Assembly: GCA_022790975.1 (NCBI GenBank) | Contig: JAAVYF010000051.1 | Span: forward strand, 8,334-72,333 | Reading direction: 5' to 3' | Source of the DNA: Clostridia bacterium | GTDB lineage: Bacteria; Bacillota; Clostridia; TANB77; CAG-508 | Length of the DNA: 64,000 nucleotides | In this document: positions 21,810 through 33,005 of the stretch, piece after piece | Layout of the letters: every line of letters begins with the position of its first letter | How positions within the stretch are numbered: the first letter of the stretch is position 1 | Notes under the pieces: generated by a model | Seen by the model: only the letters and a program-made list of their open reading frames with translations | Database searches by the model: none | What the model was told of the DNA's origin: nothing | Made by a program: the position numbers and the translations under genes

Positions 21810-22208
21810 ATGTTTAATGAGAAAAAATATTTAAAATGTATTAAAAATTTAATCGGAATAAAAGCTTCTATTGTAATAGTTTATATTGTTATATTTGCTA
21901 TTATTGGTGCATTGATAGGAATACCAATTATGAATGAATTTACATATGAAGAAACTACAATAATAATATCAGCAGTTATAGGTGGGTGTTTTGGACTTAT
22001 AATAGGACTTTCATCAACATGGCATATTGAAATGAAAATTCAAGAATCTTATTGGAGAATAGATGTTATAAATGAACTTAAAAAACAAAATTTGGTTAAA
22101 AGTACACCAGTAGCTAAAACAGTAGTTGCAATAGAAAATAAACAGGCTCCTAAAGTGGAAGAAAGTAAAACTGAGATAAAAGAAGTAACATCAGCTAATA
22201 ACGAATAG
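21810..22208 (+). CDS. hypothetical membrane protein
   Basis: RBS AAGGAGG upstream. Two predicted TM helices. Confidence 0.55.
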   Translation: MFNEKKYLKCIKNLIGIKASIVIVYIVIFAIIGALIGIPIMNEFTYEETTIIISAVIGGCFGLIIGLSSTWHIEMKIQESYWRIDVINELKKQNLVKSTPVAKTVVAIENKQAPKVEESKTEIKEVTSANNE

Positions 22209-22249
22209 TAAAAATTATAAATTTATAATAAAATACAATATTTAAATAA

Positions 22250-22355
22250 TTTATTGAAAATAACAATTAAAATTTAAATAAAATATAAATAGTTTATTAG
22301 AAATAACAATTAGAATTTAAATAAAATATAAATAGTTTATTAAATATAAAAATTT
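22250..22355. repeat. about 43-nt tandem repeat, about 2.4 copies
   Basis: TTTATTGAAAATAACAATTAAAATTTAAATAAAATATAAATAG is repeated with two substitutions, then a partial third copy. Intergenic, between convergent genes. Confidence 0.7.
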
Positions 22356-22418
22356 AACATTAAAAAATATTAAAACCCTATTTGCTAAATAGTTAACAAA
22401 TAGGGTTTATTTTATTAT

Positions 22419-23036
22419 TTAATTATATTTTTTGATTAAATTTTTTTGAGTTGGAATTAATGAAAATATTCCAAAAATTAAACCACATTCCATTATTATT
22501 GCTTGAATTAATACATTTGTTTTTTCTGTTTCAAATGTATCTATCATTTCATTTATCTTAAATTCTGCATAAGCTGGTTCATTGTTTGTATAATAAATTT
22601 CACTGTAATTTTGAATTATAGTTTTTTCATTATTAAATCTTGTAAGTAGATATATTATTATGACACATACTGAAAATATTACACAACAAATATAAAAGAA
22701 ATTCATTTTTATTGAAACTTTTTCTATTTGGTCATTTTCAATTTTGCAATTTTTGAATAAATCATATGTACTTAAATTACAAATACCTTTAACTAAAAAG
22801 AATATAATAAATGCTGCAATTGCTGGTAGAGAATATTTTAATACATCATAATCTATAACATTTTTGTTATTATTTATAATCCATGATACTACAATTAATA
22901 ATGTTAAAAATATAAAAACAATTAGAACACTGTAAGAAACAAAACCATTAATTAATGCTCTTACAGCTGTTGAAGTACTTATATTTTTTCGCTCATCTTT
23001 CTTTTCTTGTGTTTCTTTTTTTTCCATAATTTCCAT
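22419..23036 (-). CDS. hypothetical polytopic membrane protein
   Basis: 205-aa ORF with several hydrophobic helices. No motif recognised. Confidence 0.5.
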   Translation of the reverse strand: MEIMEKKETQEKKDERKNISTSTAVRALINGFVSYSVLIVFIFLTLLIVVSWIINNNKNVIDYDVLKYSLPAIAAFIIFFLVKGICNLSTYDLFKNCKIENDQIEKVSIKMNFFYICCVIFSVCVIIIYLLTRFNNEKTIIQNYSEIYYTNNEPAYAEFKINEMIDTFETEKTNVLIQAIIMECGLIFGIFSLIPTQKNLIKKYN

Positions 23037-23284
23037 TCCTTTCTTTTTAAGGAATAAATAGTTATAAAAACTTTTCTTCCGTATTATATATAAAAATCAT
23101 AACATAAAGGTAATAATGTTACAATATATTTTAATAAAATTTTTGGAAAATAATTGCAATTTTTTAATTGACTAAACTGAAAAAATATAATATAATATCA
23201 AACAATAGTTCTAAACTAATATAGATAAAAAATTGAATGAAAGGAGCTAAATTAGTTTGAAATAAGCTAATTTAAATAATATTA

Positions 23285-25606
23285 ATGGATTTACTAGAAG
23301 GACTAAATGATAAACAATATGAAGCTGTTACAAAAACAGAAGGACCATGTTTGGTAATAGCAGGAGCTGGAAGTGGAAAAACAAAAGTATTAACACATAA
23401 AATAGCATATTTAATGTCAGAAAAAAATGTTAAACCATGGGATATTTTAGCAATTACATTTACGAATAAAGCAGCAAATGAAATGAAGGAGAGAGTTGAA
23501 AAGCTAGTTGGAGATGTAGCTAGTGATTTGTGGATGGGAACATTTCATTCAATATGTGTTAGAATTTTAAGGAGATATATAGATAGAATTGGTTTTGATA
23601 GTTCATTTGTTATATTTGATACATCAGACCAAAAAACTTTAATAAAACAAATTTTAAAAACTAAAGAATTAGATGATAAAATGTTCACAGATAAATCTGT
23701 CCTTTACGAAATAAGCAATAGTAAAAATGAAATGTTAGAACCATCAGCATATGCCATGAAAGTTAAAGGAGATTTTAGAAGAGAAACAATAGCAGAAGTT
23801 TATGAAATTTATCAAAAAAGATTAAAAGAAAATAATGCTATAGATTTTGATGATATTATAAATTTTGTAATAAAAATATTAATGGAAAATCCAGATGTTC
23901 TTGAATATTATTCAGAAAAATTTAAATATGTATTAGTAGATGAATACCAAGATACTAATAAAGCTCAATTTACATTAGTAACATTATTAGCATCAAAGTA
24001 TGGAAATATTACTGTCGTTGGTGATAATGACCAAGGAATATATTCTTTTAGAGGTGCAGATATTTCTAATATTTTAAATTTTGAAAAAGATTTTCCTGGT
24101 ACTCAAATTATAAAATTAGAGCAAAATTATAGATGTACTCAAAATATACTAAATGCTGCTAATGCAGTAATTAAGAATAATGAAACTAAATATGATAAAA
24201 AATTATGGACAAGTAATGAAAATGGTTCTTTACCAATGGTATTTAGAGGCGAAGATGAATATGATGAAGCAAATTTTGTAGTTCAAAAAATAATTTCATT
24301 AAAATCTTCAGAATATTATAAAAACTCAGACTTTGCAGTTCTTTATAGAATGAATTCTCAATCACGTAGTATAGAAGATATTTTAAGAAGAGAAGATATT
24401 CCATATAAGATTATAGGTGGATTAAAGTTCTATGAAAGAAAAGAAATAAAAGATATTATTGCTTATTTAAGATTAATTCAAAATACTAACGACAATTTAA
24501 GTTTATCTAGAATTATAAATGAACCTAAAAGAGGAATAGGAAATACAAGTATATCAAATATTGAACAAATTGCAAATGATAATGGAGTTTCTATGTTTGA
24601 TATTATAAGAAAAGCAAGAGATTATGGATTAACTAGAGTTTATGCAAATACTAGAGAATTTGTAGAGTTAATAGAAGATTTACATTCTAAAAAAGATGAA
24701 ATGAAAATTTCTGATTTAATTAAACAGACACTTCAAAGAAGTGGATATACTCAAAGTTTAAAAAATGAAAATACTATTGAAGCAGAAAATAGAATAGAAA
24801 ACTTAGATGAGTTTTTAACTGTTGCTTGTGAGTTTGAAGAACAGATGGCAGATTCTTCATTAGAAGAATTTTTAGAAGGAATTACATTAAGTTCAGATAT
24901 AGATAATTTAGAAGAAGGCGAAGAAACTGTAACATTAATGACATTACACAGTGCTAAAGGATTAGAATTTCCAGTAGTGTTTTTAGTTGGTATGGAAGAA
25001 GGAATATTTCCTGGATATAAATCAATAGGTGAATCAAAAGAATTAGAAGAGGAAAGACGTCTTTGCTATGTTGGAATAACTAGAGCAAAAGAAAATTTAT
25101 TTATGACATGTAGTAAACAAAGAACAATTTTTGGCTCAACTAGTTGCAATAATCCATCTAGATTTTTAAGAGAGATTCCAGAAGAAATGTTAGACGGAGC
25201 AAAAGAAGCCTTTGAGCAAAAAGATACAAGATTTAATCAAGAAGATAGATATTTTGCAGAAAGAAGTGAATGGAAATACGGAAAATCTTCAAATAATTCT
25301 TGGAGCTCTCCTGTTACTACATATAATAGTTTTTCAGATTCAGGAGTTTCAATTTCTTCAAGTTCTAATGCATTTCAATTTAGAAGTGCAGACAGTTTTT
25401 TGAAATCTCTAAATGTTAAGCCTAAAGCTACTAATGTTGACTTATCAACATATTCAGCTGGAACTAGAGTATTTCATAAGAAATTTGGAGAAGGTACAAT
25501 AAGTAAAGTAGAATCAGAAGGAGATGACTTAAAAGTAGATATAAATTTTGAGAAAGTTGGACATAAACGTTTAATGGCAAAATTTGCAGGACTTGAAATT
25601 TTATAA
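23285..25606 (+). CDS. pcrA: ATP-dependent DNA helicase PcrA (UvrD family)
   Basis: SF1 helicase motifs (AGAGSGKT, VDEYQDTN, TLHSAKGLEF, YVGITRA) and a C-terminal Tudor-like tail. Confidence 0.9.
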   Translation: MDLLEGLNDKQYEAVTKTEGPCLVIAGAGSGKTKVLTHKIAYLMSEKNVKPWDILAITFTNKAANEMKERVEKLVGDVASDLWMGTFHSICVRILRRYIDRIGFDSSFVIFDTSDQKTLIKQILKTKELDDKMFTDKSVLYEISNSKNEMLEPSAYAMKVKGDFRRETIAEVYEIYQKRLKENNAIDFDDIINFVIKILMENPDVLEYYSEKFKYVLVDEYQDTNKAQFTLVTLLASKYGNITVVGDNDQGIYSFRGADISNILNFEKDFPGTQIIKLEQNYRCTQNILNAANAVIKNNETKYDKKLWTSNENGSLPMVFRGEDEYDEANFVVQKIISLKSSEYYKNSDFAVLYRMNSQSRSIEDILRREDIPYKIIGGLKFYERKEIKDIIAYLRLIQNTNDNLSLSRIINEPKRGIGNTSISNIEQIANDNGVSMFDIIRKARDYGLTRVYANTREFVELIEDLHSKKDEMKISDLIKQTLQRSGYTQSLKNENTIEAENRIENLDEFLTVACEFEEQMADSSLEEFLEGITLSSDIDNLEEGEETVTLMTLHSAKGLEFPVVFLVGMEEGIFPGYKSIGESKELEEERRLCYVGITRAKENLFMTCSKQRTIFGSTSCNNPSRFLREIPEEMLDGAKEAFEQKDTRFNQEDRYFAERSEWKYGKSSNNSWSSPVTTYNSFSDSGVSISSSSNAFQFRSADSFLKSLNVKPKATNVDLSTYSAGTRVFHKKFGEGTISKVESEGDDLKVDINFEKVGHKRLMAKFAGLEIL

Positions 25607-25621
25607 AATTGAAAATTAAAA

Positions 25622-25662
25622 AATACCATTAAAATATTATTAGTATTTTAATGGTATTTTTT
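25622..25662 (+). terminator. intrinsic terminator after pcrA
   Basis: Perfect 15-bp stem AATACCATTAAAATA / TATTTTAATGGTATT followed by a T-run. Confidence 0.75.
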
Positions 25663-25923
25663 ATGTATATAATATACAAGCGAGGCACTTGTTTATTTTA
25701 GACGCATTAAATTAGCTTTTATAATAATAATTATTATTTAATTCTAAATTAAAGTTTTATTTTTCTAATTACTAAATAAAAATGCTTTAAGATAATATTA
25801 TAGAATTAATTTAAAATTTCTTTCAGGTTTAAGTCTAGTTTTTTGAATTAATCTTCGAAATTTATTGAAAATAAAAAATTATATAATTATAATATACTAT
25901 ATAAAAGAAAAAAGAGGGTAAAT

Positions 25924-26616
25924 ATGTCAATAATAAAAGATTTCTTAAATAGAATAACAAATAAAAGGCTTCCAGCACCAAAAGAAAGTCTTGAAGCAAG
26001 AGGTCAATTTACATATAAACAAATATCAGATTTTATGAATGAAAATGGTGGTATGGAAGAATTTTATCAAGAAATGGATAAGATTTATGAAAATAAAAAT
26101 AAATACTATCCATCAAAGGTTCATGGAATAGAACATACATCTAGAGTTACATTTTTAGCTACAATACTTGCAAAACTAGATAATTTAGATGAACATGATA
26201 AAAAATTACTTTTAACTGCTGCAAGATTACATGATGTTGGTAGAATAGATGATAGAGAAACTAAAGAACATGGAAGTTATGGAAAAGAAAAAATTGAAAA
26301 AGAAAATTTACTTGAAGGATTTTCAAAAAATGATAAAAAGATAATAGAATTTGTAATAGAGCAACATTCTTTATCAAAAGAGGAAAATGAGAAAGCTCTT
26401 GAAAAACTTCCGTTTTGGCAAAAAGAAAATTATGCTATAATACTTAAGTATTTAAAAGATGCAGATGCCTTGGATAGAGTTCGTATAGCAAATAAGAATA
26501 TGCAACTTGACCCAAATAGATTAAGAACTAGGTCTGCAAAAGAGTTAGTAAGCTTTTCATATGATAATTTTGCAAATAAATTTTCATCAGTTAAAAATGA
26601 TTATGATATTTATTAG
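25924..26616 (+). CDS. HD-domain protein
   Basis: HGIEHTSRV ... RLHDVGR motifs typical of HD superfamily phosphohydrolases. Confidence 0.65.
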   Translation: MSIIKDFLNRITNKRLPAPKESLEARGQFTYKQISDFMNENGGMEEFYQEMDKIYENKNKYYPSKVHGIEHTSRVTFLATILAKLDNLDEHDKKLLLTAARLHDVGRIDDRETKEHGSYGKEKIEKENLLEGFSKNDKKIIEFVIEQHSLSKEENEKALEKLPFWQKENYAIILKYLKDADALDRVRIANKNMQLDPNRLRTRSAKELVSFSYDNFANKFSSVKNDYDIY

Positions 26617-26753
26617 AAAATCAAGATCCAATTTTAAGAGAGTGTGCAGAACTAGTAAAAGATTCAATAGGATTAGATTGGATTTTAAATAATAGAGAAT
26701 TTTTAATAGATTGCTATGATAGAGGAATATTACAAAATTTTAAGAATGATGGA

Positions 26754-29271
26754 ATGTTTTTTATTGACTATATAGAAAATGAAGATTTAGTGAAAAAAAC
26801 GTCTAATCAAATATTGAAGGGCGATTTTGAAGAGTTAAGAAAAAGCGGATATAACATTACATATGAATCTTTTGTGCAAATTGTGGGATCATATAAAGCA
26901 GGAACATTAGAAACTCTAAGAAATGAAGGAAAATTAAATAAATTATTTTCATATGAAACTTTTTTAAAATATGGATTGCCCCAAAGTTTTAATGATAGAA
27001 TAACTAAAGGCGATGATATTCAAAAAGAAGAATTATTTGAAAAAATAAATAAATCTAATACTACTCAGCTTACAAAACAAGTATTTGATGAAGAATATAT
27101 GTTATATAAAAATATGTATAATAATCATAAATATGCATTTGATTTATTTACATATTGTGATTTGGATGTTAGTTTTAGAAGTGTTGTTGGAATTTTAGAG
27201 AAGATAAAAATAAATGATTTAAATATATTAAAAGAAAAAGGATATAATTTATCTTTAAGTGATTTAATAACAGTAGCTTCTAAATATTCTCCAGAAGAAT
27301 ATGTAAATATACTTGATTCAAATAATGCTGAGAAATTATTTAGTTATAATCCAAGCAAAGATAATGATAGAGAAAAGACTATAGTTTGGGATAAAATTTT
27401 AGCACAAAATCCTAATATATCTGAAGAAGAACTTTTAGAAAATTATGAGTTATATAAAAGAATTGCTTATAATAATAAAGACATATATTCTATTCCAGAA
27501 ATGTCAAATTATTCTATAAAAGAAATATATCCGGCATTTGCGAAAATTCAAGAAGCAGAATGGAAGATGAATACAATTACAAATAAAACTTTAAGGTTTA
27601 ATCCTCAATCTATAATAGATTTAATTGAATTTTCTAAAAAAACTAAAATTTTAGATTCTAATAATGAAGAAGAAAAAAGCAAAATAATAGGACTTATTAT
27701 TCAAAATGGTGCTTGGAAAAATGATCCAAGACTTATTGAATATGTAACTAAAAAGAATAAAGTTTATAGAATAAAAAATGTAGAAGATATATTAGATTAT
27801 AATAGATATTGTATAGATCAAATTTTAACAGATAATAATATAACTTTAGAACAAGCGAAAATAAATTTAGTAAATTCTTTGATAAATATAGATTGTCCTA
27901 AAACAGAATATAAGAAGGAATTAGAAGAAAATATTATAGATGAATTATATTATTATAGAAAATATCAAAAACAGGGTAAATTATCTGAAGATAAAGAAGA
28001 TTTTAGTAATATAATTGATCAAATAATAGGTATTATGGATTCTACAAATATTCAAGAATTTAAAGATAGGTTATATAATAATTATCAAGAAATAGGAAAT
28101 TATAATTTTGATTCAATTTTAGAGAGAACTCGGACAGGCTTTAAGAGGTTTATCTAAACAAGATTTAATAGAAGAATTAGGTAAAACTAAGGAAATGTTA
28201 GATTCTTTAGAACCTACTATAATTATATATGAAGGAGAAAATATTCCAATTAAAAATTTACAAGGACAAGAATTTATGCTTGCAATGACAACTGCAATGC
28301 CTAATTGTAGTAAAATTAGTAAAAAAGATTTTGCAATGGACGAAAATAAGATAAAAGATAATATGCTTAATAGACCTTTAAATCCTAATAATAGATGTAC
28401 TTCAATAATATCTAATACTATGTTAGCGCATTCTATGTCTGCTACTCAAAATGCAGAATTAAAATATGCATATATTCCAGAAGATGTATCTCAAGTTTCA
28501 TTACAAGGAAAGCATGATTTATCTACTGTTAAGAAAATTGATATGCATGGTAATGAACAAAGGCGTACAGATAGGGCTATTCAAAATCGTACAGCAAAGG
28601 ATTTAGTAAATTCTACAACAGAAGAACATAATGAAACTGTATTAAATGGTGTATATCCGATATATATACTTTGTTTTGATAAAATTTCAGATATAGCAAT
28701 TCAAAAATACAGAATGTTAAAAAAGCAATACGCAGAACAAGGAATAGAACAAGAAATAGAAATATTATTAGTAGATGGAAAAGATAAGTATATTCCACAA
28801 ATAGAAGAAGAATTAGAAAAAAATTTAGATAGTATAAATAGAGAAATGTTAGAAACAAAAACTATATCTTTGGAAACTTTAGAGAAATTTTTTAATATAA
28901 GAGAAAGTAATATAACACTTCAAACAATTCAAGCTATTAACTCTACATCTTATAGAGATGAACTTTGGAATCCTGAAGAAAATACGAATAAATTAAATAG
29001 ATTAATTAATATGTTAGAGTTAGCAAGTGAGATAGTACCAAAGCAATATATTAAAGAAATTTCTGCACAAATTGACTTTTTGCAAGAAAGAACAGATAGA
29101 AATACTTTACATGGGTATAGATTTTATGATCATTCTTATTCTGAGTCTATAGATGTAAAAAGGTTAGAAAATATAAAAAAAATATTAGCACAAAGATTAG
29201 GAGATAGAACAGAACAAGGAAATAAGAAAGTATCTGAAAATTTATTAGAAGCTAATAATGGAAGAGGATAA
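26754..29271 (+). CDS. large hypothetical protein (over 830 aa)
   Basis: Track ORFs 26754..28157 and 28195..29271 join by skipping the C of in-frame CGG 28131 (ERT-G-QALRGLSKQDLIEELGK). The same frame is also open and coding-like upstream to 26607, so the true start is uncertain. Confidence 0.6.
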
Positions 29272-29506
29272 ATTATATAATGTAAAAAATTTATATAAGT
29301 ACTATAAAAATTGTATATTTAAATATTAGATGATATAAATTATGATAAGACTTTAGAAACAAAAAACAATTTAAAAATGCCTACAAAATGGTAATAATTA
29401 CTGAAACGAAACATGAAGCTTATTAGTATGAATAGATACAAATATATGATATAGTTAATTAGCCTTACAAATAGTAATTTATTTAATAGGGAAGGAAAAT
29501 ATTTAT

Positions 29507-29866
29507 ATGAAAAAGTTTTTAATTCCAACACTTATAATAATATTTATTATACTTTTTTTTGGAGCAACCATATTTTCAATATATAAGTTTGAAGTTTTTA
29601 ATCCAATTTCATCTTGTTTTGGAATGTTACAAATATTATTTACAGATAAAGAATATACAGTGGTTCAAAGAATTCCATATAAAGTAGTTTTTGCTAAACT
29701 AGGCTCATTTGAAAAATATATAAATAAACAAGGTTTTTATGAGATAGAAGAAGAGCGAATGGGGGCTGACTTTATATATAGTGATGGAAATAAAAAAGAA
29801 AGAGTTTATAGAAGAATAAATGCATATTATGCAATTGGAATTTGGGATAATAATTATAAGCAATAA
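29507..29866 (+). CDS. hypothetical membrane-anchored protein
   Basis: N-terminal TM helix, RBS GGGAAGGA upstream. Confidence 0.5.
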   Translation: MKKFLIPTLIIIFIILFFGATIFSIYKFEVFNPISSCFGMLQILFTDKEYTVVQRIPYKVVFAKLGSFEKYINKQGFYEIEEERMGADFIYSDGNKKERVYRRINAYYAIGIWDNNYKQ

Positions 29867-30009
29867 TGATAATTACAAGTTATTTAAGAGATAAATCTTA
29901 AGTAATTTGTTATTTACTAGATAAGTAATAGGTTTTATCACAAAAGTGATATAATATAAAACTTAAGTGTATTTTTAAACCTTAAATGATTTATAAGGAG
30001 GAAAAGAGT

Positions 30010-30792
30010 TTGATAGATACGAAAGGAATTACACTGATAGCACTAATAATTACGATTATTGTATTATTGATATTAGCAGGTATAAGCATAAATTCATTAT
30101 TGGGAGAAAATGGTGTAATAAAAAAAGCAGAAAACTCAAAAGAACAATATGAAGAGGCAAAATCAAATGAAGAAAAGAAATTAGATGATTTATACAGTAC
30201 TATAATGATTGCAACAAATGATAGTTCTCAAATAACAATTTCAACAGAAGATTTAAAAGAACTAATAAAACAAGAAGTTCAAAATGCATCTGGGGTTCCA
30301 ACAGGAACAATTATTTCTTATATGGGAAATAGTGCCCCTAATGGATATTTATCATGTGATGGTAAGGTATATAATATTTCTGAATATAGTTCTTTAGCTG
30401 AACAGAAAAAAAATGAGTTTGGCAGTTATAATTATTATGGAGGAGATGGAGAGAGTACATTTGCAGTTCCTAATTTAGAAGGAGAATTTTTAATAGGAAT
30501 CAATAAGAATGAAACTTCAGGAGTACATCAAGATGAAGGTTTACCAAATATAGAAGGTACATTAGGAGCTTTAGCAAATGGTAGTATACCTTCAAATATT
30601 AGTCTTTCTTTAGCTACAGGAGCATTTTCTAGTGTAGTAAGACCTGGATTTAGAGATGGCTATACTACAGGTTCTAATACAAATCCTACATATTATGCTA
30701 AATATGATGCTAGTAAAAGTAATTCTATATATGGAAATTCTAATCATGTTACACCATCAAATACATCAGTACTTTACTGTATAAAATATTAA
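30010..30792 (+). CDS. pilin-like N-terminus fused to a phage tail-collar-like domain
   Basis: TTG start at 30010, 8 nt after RBS TAAGGAGG. N-terminus KGITLIALIITIIVLLILAGI. C-terminal region (YLSCDGKVYNISEYSSLA...GESTFAVPNLEGEF) resembles the phage tail collar domain motif. Confidence 0.6.
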   Translation: MIDTKGITLIALIITIIVLLILAGISINSLLGENGVIKKAENSKEQYEEAKSNEEKKLDDLYSTIMIATNDSSQITISTEDLKELIKQEVQNASGVPTGTIISYMGNSAPNGYLSCDGKVYNISEYSSLAEQKKNEFGSYNYYGGDGESTFAVPNLEGEFLIGINKNETSGVHQDEGLPNIEGTLGALANGSIPSNISLSLATGAFSSVVRPGFRDGYTTGSNTNPTYYAKYDASKSNSIYGNSNHVTPSNTSVLYCIKY

Positions 30793-31054
30793 AAAATGAT
30801 TAGTAAAAACTTTATATTTATTATATAAGCTTTTTTTAATTTTATAGAATTTGATGTTAATTGATGTTTTTGATAATTTAAATACGAATGATTTTACATA
30901 TGTTCAAAATATCTCAGAAGTAGAAGGCTATAGTGGAAATTTACTAAAAAATTAAATAAATATGTAGAGGATAATCCTACAAATAATTTATTTAAATGGA
31001 AAATAGACGAAACAGGAAAACTTACTTTCAATAAAGATTAAAAAATATGTCTTT

Positions 31055-31080
31055 AAAACCCTTGCACTAGCAAGGGTTTT
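31055..31080 (+). terminator. hairpin terminator
   Basis: AAAACCCTTGC ACTA GCAAGGGTTTT, downstream of decayed ORF remnants and upstream of the ABC-F gene. Confidence 0.55.
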
Positions 31081-31131
31081 AATATATAATATATCAATAT
31101 TAAAAACGACAAATTAGGAGGATGTATATTA

Positions 31132-32721
31132 ATGCTTATATCAAATGGAGTAACAATACGTTTTGGAAAAAGAGTATTGTTTGAAGACGTTAACATTAAA
31201 TTTACAAAAGGAAATTGTTATGGTTTAATTGGTGCTAATGGTGCAGGTAAATCAACATTTTTAAAAGTATTATCAGGAGAGATAGAACCAAATAAAGGAG
31301 ATGTTAGCTTAGATAAAGGAGAGAGATTATCTGTATTAAAACAAGACCACTTTGCATTTGAAGGTTATACAATATTAGATACTGTAATGATGGGAAATAG
31401 TGAACTTTATAGAATCATGAAAGAAAAAGATAGTATCTATGCTAAACCAGACTTTTCAGAAGAAGATGGTATGAGAGCAGCAAAATTAGAAGAAAGATTT
31501 GCAGAGCTTGATGGTTGGAATGCTGAATCAGATGCAGCAAAACTTTTAAATGATTTAGGAATTGATACAGAACTTCATTATAAATATATGAGTGAAATTG
31601 AAGCTAAAGATAAAGTTAAAGTACTTTTAGCCCAAGCACTTTTTGGAAATCCAGATGTATTATTATTAGATGAGCCTACAAACGATTTAGACTTAAAGGC
31701 AATTAATTGGTTGCAAGATTTCTTAATAGATTTTGAAAATACTGTAATTGTAGTATCTCATGATAGATACTTTTTAAATAAAGTTTGTACTCACATTGCA
31801 GATGTTGATTTTGGAAAAATAAAAGTATATCCAGGAAACTATGACTTTTGGTATGAATCAAGTCAGCTTGCATTAAAGCAAATGAAAGAAGCAAATAAAA
31901 AGAAAGAAGAAAGAATAAAAGAATTGCAAGATTTTATTGCTAGATTTAGTGCAAATGCTTCAAAGTCTAAACAAGCAACATCTAGAAAGAAATCTTTAGA
32001 AAAAATTGAGTTAGATGAAATTAAACCATCAAATAGAAAATATCCATATATAGATTTTAAACCAGATAGAGAATATGGAAAAGATATATTAGAAGTTAAG
32101 AATTTAAGCAAAACTGTAAATGGAGAAAAGTTACTAGATAATATTTCATTTACAATAAAAAGAGATGAAAAAGTTGCATTTTTATCTAATAATGAAATTG
32201 CAAAAACTGTATTATTTCAAATTTTAGCTGGAGAAGTAGAGCCAGATGAAGGAGAAATAAATTATGGTATTACAATTACTAAAGATTATTTTCCAAAAGA
32301 TAATAATTATTTATTTCCAGAGTCAATGAAATTAGTAGATTGGCTTCGTGCATATTCAAAAGATCCTGATGAAACATATGTTAGAGGATTTTTAGGAAGA
32401 ATGCTATTTTCAGGAGATGAAGCGCTTAAAGATGTTAAGATTTTATCTGGTGGAGAAAAAGTAAGATGCGTTCTTTCAAAAATAATGTTATCTGGGGCAA
32501 ATTTCTTAATATTTGATGAACCAACAAACCATTTAGATATGGAAAGTATTACAGCATTAAATGAAGGAATGAAAAAATATCAAGGTATTTTAATATTTAC
32601 ATCTCACGACCATCAATTAACAGAAACTGTTGCTAATAAAATAATAGATTTAAAAGATGGAAAAGATATTGTAGTTAGAGAATGTACGTATGATGAATAT
32701 TTAGAAGAAACAAATATATAA
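31132..32721 (+). CDS. ABC-F family ATPase (two ABC domains, no TM)
   Basis: Two Walker A/ABC signature sets (GANGAGKST, LSGGEKVR) separated by a charged linker. Confidence 0.9.
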   Translation: MLISNGVTIRFGKRVLFEDVNIKFTKGNCYGLIGANGAGKSTFLKVLSGEIEPNKGDVSLDKGERLSVLKQDHFAFEGYTILDTVMMGNSELYRIMKEKDSIYAKPDFSEEDGMRAAKLEERFAELDGWNAESDAAKLLNDLGIDTELHYKYMSEIEAKDKVKVLLAQALFGNPDVLLLDEPTNDLDLKAINWLQDFLIDFENTVIVVSHDRYFLNKVCTHIADVDFGKIKVYPGNYDFWYESSQLALKQMKEANKKKEERIKELQDFIARFSANASKSKQATSRKKSLEKIELDEIKPSNRKYPYIDFKPDREYGKDILEVKNLSKTVNGEKLLDNISFTIKRDEKVAFLSNNEIAKTVLFQILAGEVEPDEGEINYGITITKDYFPKDNNYLFPESMKLVDWLRAYSKDPDETYVRGFLGRMLFSGDEALKDVKILSGGEKVRCVLSKIMLSGANFLIFDEPTNHLDMESITALNEGMKKYQGILIFTSHDHQLTETVANKIIDLKDGKDIVVRECTYDEYLEETNI

Positions 32722-32786
32722 TTAAAATTTATTGAATTAAATTGAATAATGTTTTTTAATAAAAGTTTTATTTAATTTAAAAGTTA

Positions 32787-32950
32787 AAATATAAAATAAT
32801 TTTATAGTAAATTTAGAAAATGGAATATAAAATAATTATAATAAATTTAGATAATTTAGAAATTGAAACACAAAATAATTATAATAAATTTAGATAAGTT
32901 AGGAATTTATCATAAAGTAATTATTATAAATTTAAACACTTATGAAATTA
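32787..32950. repeat. degenerate about 42-nt tandem repeat, about 4 copies
   Basis: Core ATAAAATAATTATAATAAATTTAGATAA recurs four times with drift, in the intergenic region upstream of 33006. Confidence 0.6.
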
Positions 32951-33005
32951 TGGAAATATTTATAAAAGTAAAACAAAAGATAAAGGTTTAAGGAGAAATA
33001 AAAAT

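Noticed and set aside
30793-31054. Short coding-like stretches after the tail-collar gene (for example ...FTYVQNISEVEGYSGNLLKN* and ...NNLFKWKIDETGKLTFNKD*).
   Set aside because: They are broken into several frames with no start or RBS and no CGG at the breaks. They look like decayed remnants of a former gene, not a functional CDS.
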